A stretch of DNA of 64,000 bases, taken from contig NZ_SBIV01000003.1 of NCBI RefSeq assembly GCF_004765795.1, forward strand, positions 1 to 64,000, in the 5' to 3' direction. The notes below the pieces were generated by a model. The model had not been told where the DNA came from. It saw nothing but the letters and a program-made list of their open reading frames with translations, and made no database searches. The position numbers were made by a program, and so were the translations under genes. This document shows, one piece after another, positions 61,302 to 64,000 of this stretch; positions within the stretch are counted from its first letter, which is position 1; each line of letters begins with the position of its first letter. The DNA is from Halorussus marinus (GTDB lineage: Archaea; Halobacteriota; Halobacteria; Halobacteriales; Haladaptataceae).

Positions 61302-61623
61302 ACCAGCGGGTACTCCGGGCGCGTCTTTAGCACTTTATACTGACCGCTGTTCGGCGCGGTTTCGAAGGGGGGAATGTGAGGATTCGGGCGCGAAGCGTGT
61401 GACGCGCATATAGAGAGTGTCACTACAAGGACTTAAAGCCCCGGGTGGTGGAGTGAAAGTAAAAACGCAAGAAGGCGTCGGGTCTAAATCTCCGTCAGAC
61501 GGACGACGTACGCCCGTATGACTGAATTGTGATACTCTTCGCCCGGTCGTCCCGCCCGCGCCGAACGGGCAATCCCGGCCGGCTTCCCGTGGACTGAAAA
61601 CGCTCTCACCCCTCCCGAGACGT

Positions 61624-63003
61624 GTGACCGACGGACTCCGCGCTCGCCTGTTTGCGGTCTGGCGGCGCGTCCTCTCGCTGTCGTGGCCGGTGATGGCCGA
61701 GCAGGTCCTCCGCACCCTGATGCGGACCACCGACATCGTCGTGACCGGGCTGTTCTCGCCCGCCGCAGTCGCGGCCATCGGGCTCGCGGACCTCTACGCT
61801 CGGCTCCCGCTCCGGATCGGGCTGGGGCTCGGCGGGGGTGCCATCGCGCTGTCGAGTCAGGACACGGGGAGCGACGCCACCGCCAACCGCGACGAGGCGG
61901 TCACGCAGGCCGTCCTCGTCGGCGCGCTCTCGGGGGTGCCGTTCGTGGTGTTCGGGCTCCTGTTTGGCGAGGCCGCCATCGGGGTACTCGGCGCGCCCGC
62001 CGGCGTCGCCGCGATGGGCGGCACCTACCTCGGGATCATCTTCGCCACCGCGCCGGCCCGCCACGTCGCGCTCGTCGCGGCCCGCTCGCTACAGGGCACC
62101 GGCGACACCCGGACGCCGATGTACGTCAACGTCGTCTCGAACCTCCTCAACATCGGCGGCACGGTCGCGCTCGGCCTCGGTCTCGGCCCGTTTCCGCGCT
62201 GGGAGATCGTCGGCGTCGGGGTCGCGACCGCCTTCGGCAACGTGTTCACCGCGCTCGCGCTGGTGGCGGCCATCCGGTGGGATCTGACCGAGGCGTCGTT
62301 CGCCCGCCCGACCGACGCCGTCATCGCCCGCCAACTGTTGGCCGTGAGCGCCCCGCGCATCGCGGAGGGGCTCGCGGCCACCGTCGCGGAGTTCCCGTTC
62401 AACTCGATCCTGCTCGGGTTCGGCACCGAGGTCAACGCCGCCTACCAGATCGGCCGCCGGATGTACCAGCAGGTCACCGGGCCGCTCTCGCGGGGATACA
62501 GCGTCGCCTCCAGCGTCGTCGTCGGGCAGGCGCTCGGCGAGGGCGACCCCGTCCGCGCCCGGTTCGAGGGGTGGGCGACGGGCGCGCTCGCCCTGGTTTC
62601 GGTCGGCGCCATCGGCGTCGCGCTCGTCTTCGGCGCGGACCGGCTGGTCGAGTTGTTTACCGACGACGCCGCGACCCTCGAGTACGCCGCTGACTTCGCG
62701 CGAGTGTACGGCCTCTCGGCGCCGTTCCTCGCGGTGTTCGTCGTTCTCTCGGGGGCGTTACAGGGCGGTAGCGACACACGGACCCCGTTCGTCGCCCGGA
62801 CCACGGGGATGTTCGGGTTCATGGTCGGCTTCTCGTGGCTGGTCGGGGTCGTCCTCGACTACGGCGTCGCGGGCGCGTACGCCGGCATCTTCCTCTACTA
62901 CGTCTGGTCGTTGCTCGTCGTCGGCGCCGGCTTCCGGTGGGGCGGCTGGGCGGCACGGGCGGCCGACATGATGGAAGAGCGCGGGAGCGTCGAGGAGGCC
63001 TGA
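61624..63003 (+). CDS. MATE-family efflux transporter
   Basis: GTGDTRTPM, GQALG, GSDTRTP, about 12 TM segments. Confidence 0.92.
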   Translation: MTDGLRARLFAVWRRVLSLSWPVMAEQVLRTLMRTTDIVVTGLFSPAAVAAIGLADLYARLPLRIGLGLGGGAIALSSQDTGSDATANRDEAVTQAVLVGALSGVPFVVFGLLFGEAAIGVLGAPAGVAAMGGTYLGIIFATAPARHVALVAARSLQGTGDTRTPMYVNVVSNLLNIGGTVALGLGLGPFPRWEIVGVGVATAFGNVFTALALVAAIRWDLTEASFARPTDAVIARQLLAVSAPRIAEGLAATVAEFPFNSILLGFGTEVNAAYQIGRRMYQQVTGPLSRGYSVASSVVVGQALGEGDPVRARFEGWATGALALVSVGAIGVALVFGADRLVELFTDDAATLEYAADFARVYGLSAPFLAVFVVLSGALQGGSDTRTPFVARTTGMFGFMVGFSWLVGVVLDYGVAGAYAGIFLYYVWSLLVVGAGFRWGGWAARAADMMEERGSVEEA

Positions 63004-63025
63004 CGGCCGAAAATAGCGTCGCCGA

Positions 63026-64000
63026 TTACCGGTCTTCGATCGGGACCCACTCGGCGTCCTTCGCGCCGACGTACTTCGCGCGCGGCCGGATCAGCCGATT
63101 GTCGTCGTACTGTTCGAGGACGTGAGCGACCCACCCGCCGGATCGGGACATCGCGAAGATGGGAGTGTAGAGGTCGATCGGGATGCCCATCTGGTAGTAC
63201 GTCGAGGCCGAGTAGAAGTCGACGTTGGGCGCGATTCCCTTCTCCTCGCGCATGTACTCCTCGATGGCGACCGACATCTCGTACCACTTCGTGTCGCCGG
63301 CGGCCTCGCCGAGCTCCTCGCTCTTCTCGCCGAGGATCTTCGCCCGGGGGTCTTTGACGTTGTAGACGCGGTGGCCGAACCCGGCGACCCGTCGGCCCTC
63401 CTCGAGCGCCGTCCGGACCCAGTCGGTCGGCTCCATGTCGCTGTCGTCGATCTCTTCGAGCATCCGCATCACGTTGGCGTTCGCGCCGCCGTGGAGCGGC
63501 CCGGCGAGGGTGCCGACCGCGCTCGTGATCGCGCTGTGGACGTCAGAGAGCGTCGAAGCGGTGACCATCCCGGAGAACGTCGAGGCGTTCAGGCCGTGGT
63601 CGGCGTGGAGGACCAGCGCCATGTCGAACGTCTCGGCCAGCACCTCGTCGGGCTCCTCGTCGTTGAGCATGTAGAGGAAGTTCTCGGCGTGATCGAGGTC
63701 TTCGCGGGGCGCGACGGGGTCGTTGCCGTTCCGGAGGCGCTTGAACGCCGCGACGGCGGTCGGGAGCTTCGCGGTGATGCGCCGGCCCTTCCGGAGGTTG
63801 ACCTCCCGGTCGGTGGGGTCGGCCGACGAGTCGTCGGGGTCGTGGGCCGACAGCATCGAGGCCACGGTCCGGACGGCCGCCATCGGCTCCTCGTCGGCGG
63901 CCGCGAGCTTCCGGACCGTATCCAGAACGTCCTCGTCGAGTTCGCGCTCGGCCGCCATCGACTCGGAGAACGCCGCGAGCTCCGCTGTGTCGGGGAGTTC
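63026..64000 (-). CDS. citZ: Citrate synthase (5' end outside window)
   Basis: HADHGLNAST, GPLHGGAN, GFGHRVY, PNVDFY; frame open to window edge. Confidence 0.95.
   Translation of the reverse strand, partial: ELPDTAELAAFSESMAAERELDEDVLDTVRKLAAADEEPMAAVRTVASMLSAHDPDDSSADPTDREVNLRKGRRITAKLPTAVAAFKRLRNGNDPVAPREDLDHAENFLYMLNDEEPDEVLAETFDMALVLHADHGLNASTFSGMVTASTLSDVHSAITSAVGTLAGPLHGGANANVMRMLEEIDDSDMEPTDWVRTALEEGRRVAGFGHRVYNVKDPRAKILGEKSEELGEAAGDTKWYEMSVAIEEYMREEKGIAPNVDFYSASTYYQMGIPIDLYTPIFAMSRSGGWVAHVLEQYDDNRLIRPRAKYVGAKDAEWVPIEDR

Overview
The sequence is haloarchaeal (Halobacteria): acidic proteins, many leaderless genes and a very GC-rich core. Bases 1-13142 are the visibly lower-GC right end of an integrated element. 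It ends in an SNJ2-type tyrosine integrase next to a 13-bp copy of the 3' end of tRNA-Cys (att site). Its cargo looks defensive: an IS5-interrupted Nmad3-like gene plus a UDG-superfamily gene, an AbiEi/AbiEii pair, a stand-alone CARF + PIN pair and an HNH nuclease. It also carries a second tyrosine recombinase and an apparently catalytically dead third one, which face away from a wHTH gene bracketed by 20-bp inverted repeats. Bases 13.6-27.7 kb form a catabolic cluster that reads as an archaeal ectoine/hydroxyectoine-type utilisation pathway: DoeA/EutD-like hydrolase, DoeB/EutE-like deacylase, DABA-type aminotransferase, BCCT transporter, RidA and an internally deleted IlvA/EutB-like remnant. 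Its promoters share a TGTGTA motif and it includes a candidate regulator of uncharacterised family. The rest is largely ordinary core genome (trpS, endA, Ski2-like helicase, lipA-pdhABC...lpdA, pheA, leuS, thsB, ilvA/ridA, partial citZ), plus tRNA-Ser(GGA) with a duplicated 3' end and a hairpin element. All family assignments come from motif recognition by eye; no database searches were run.
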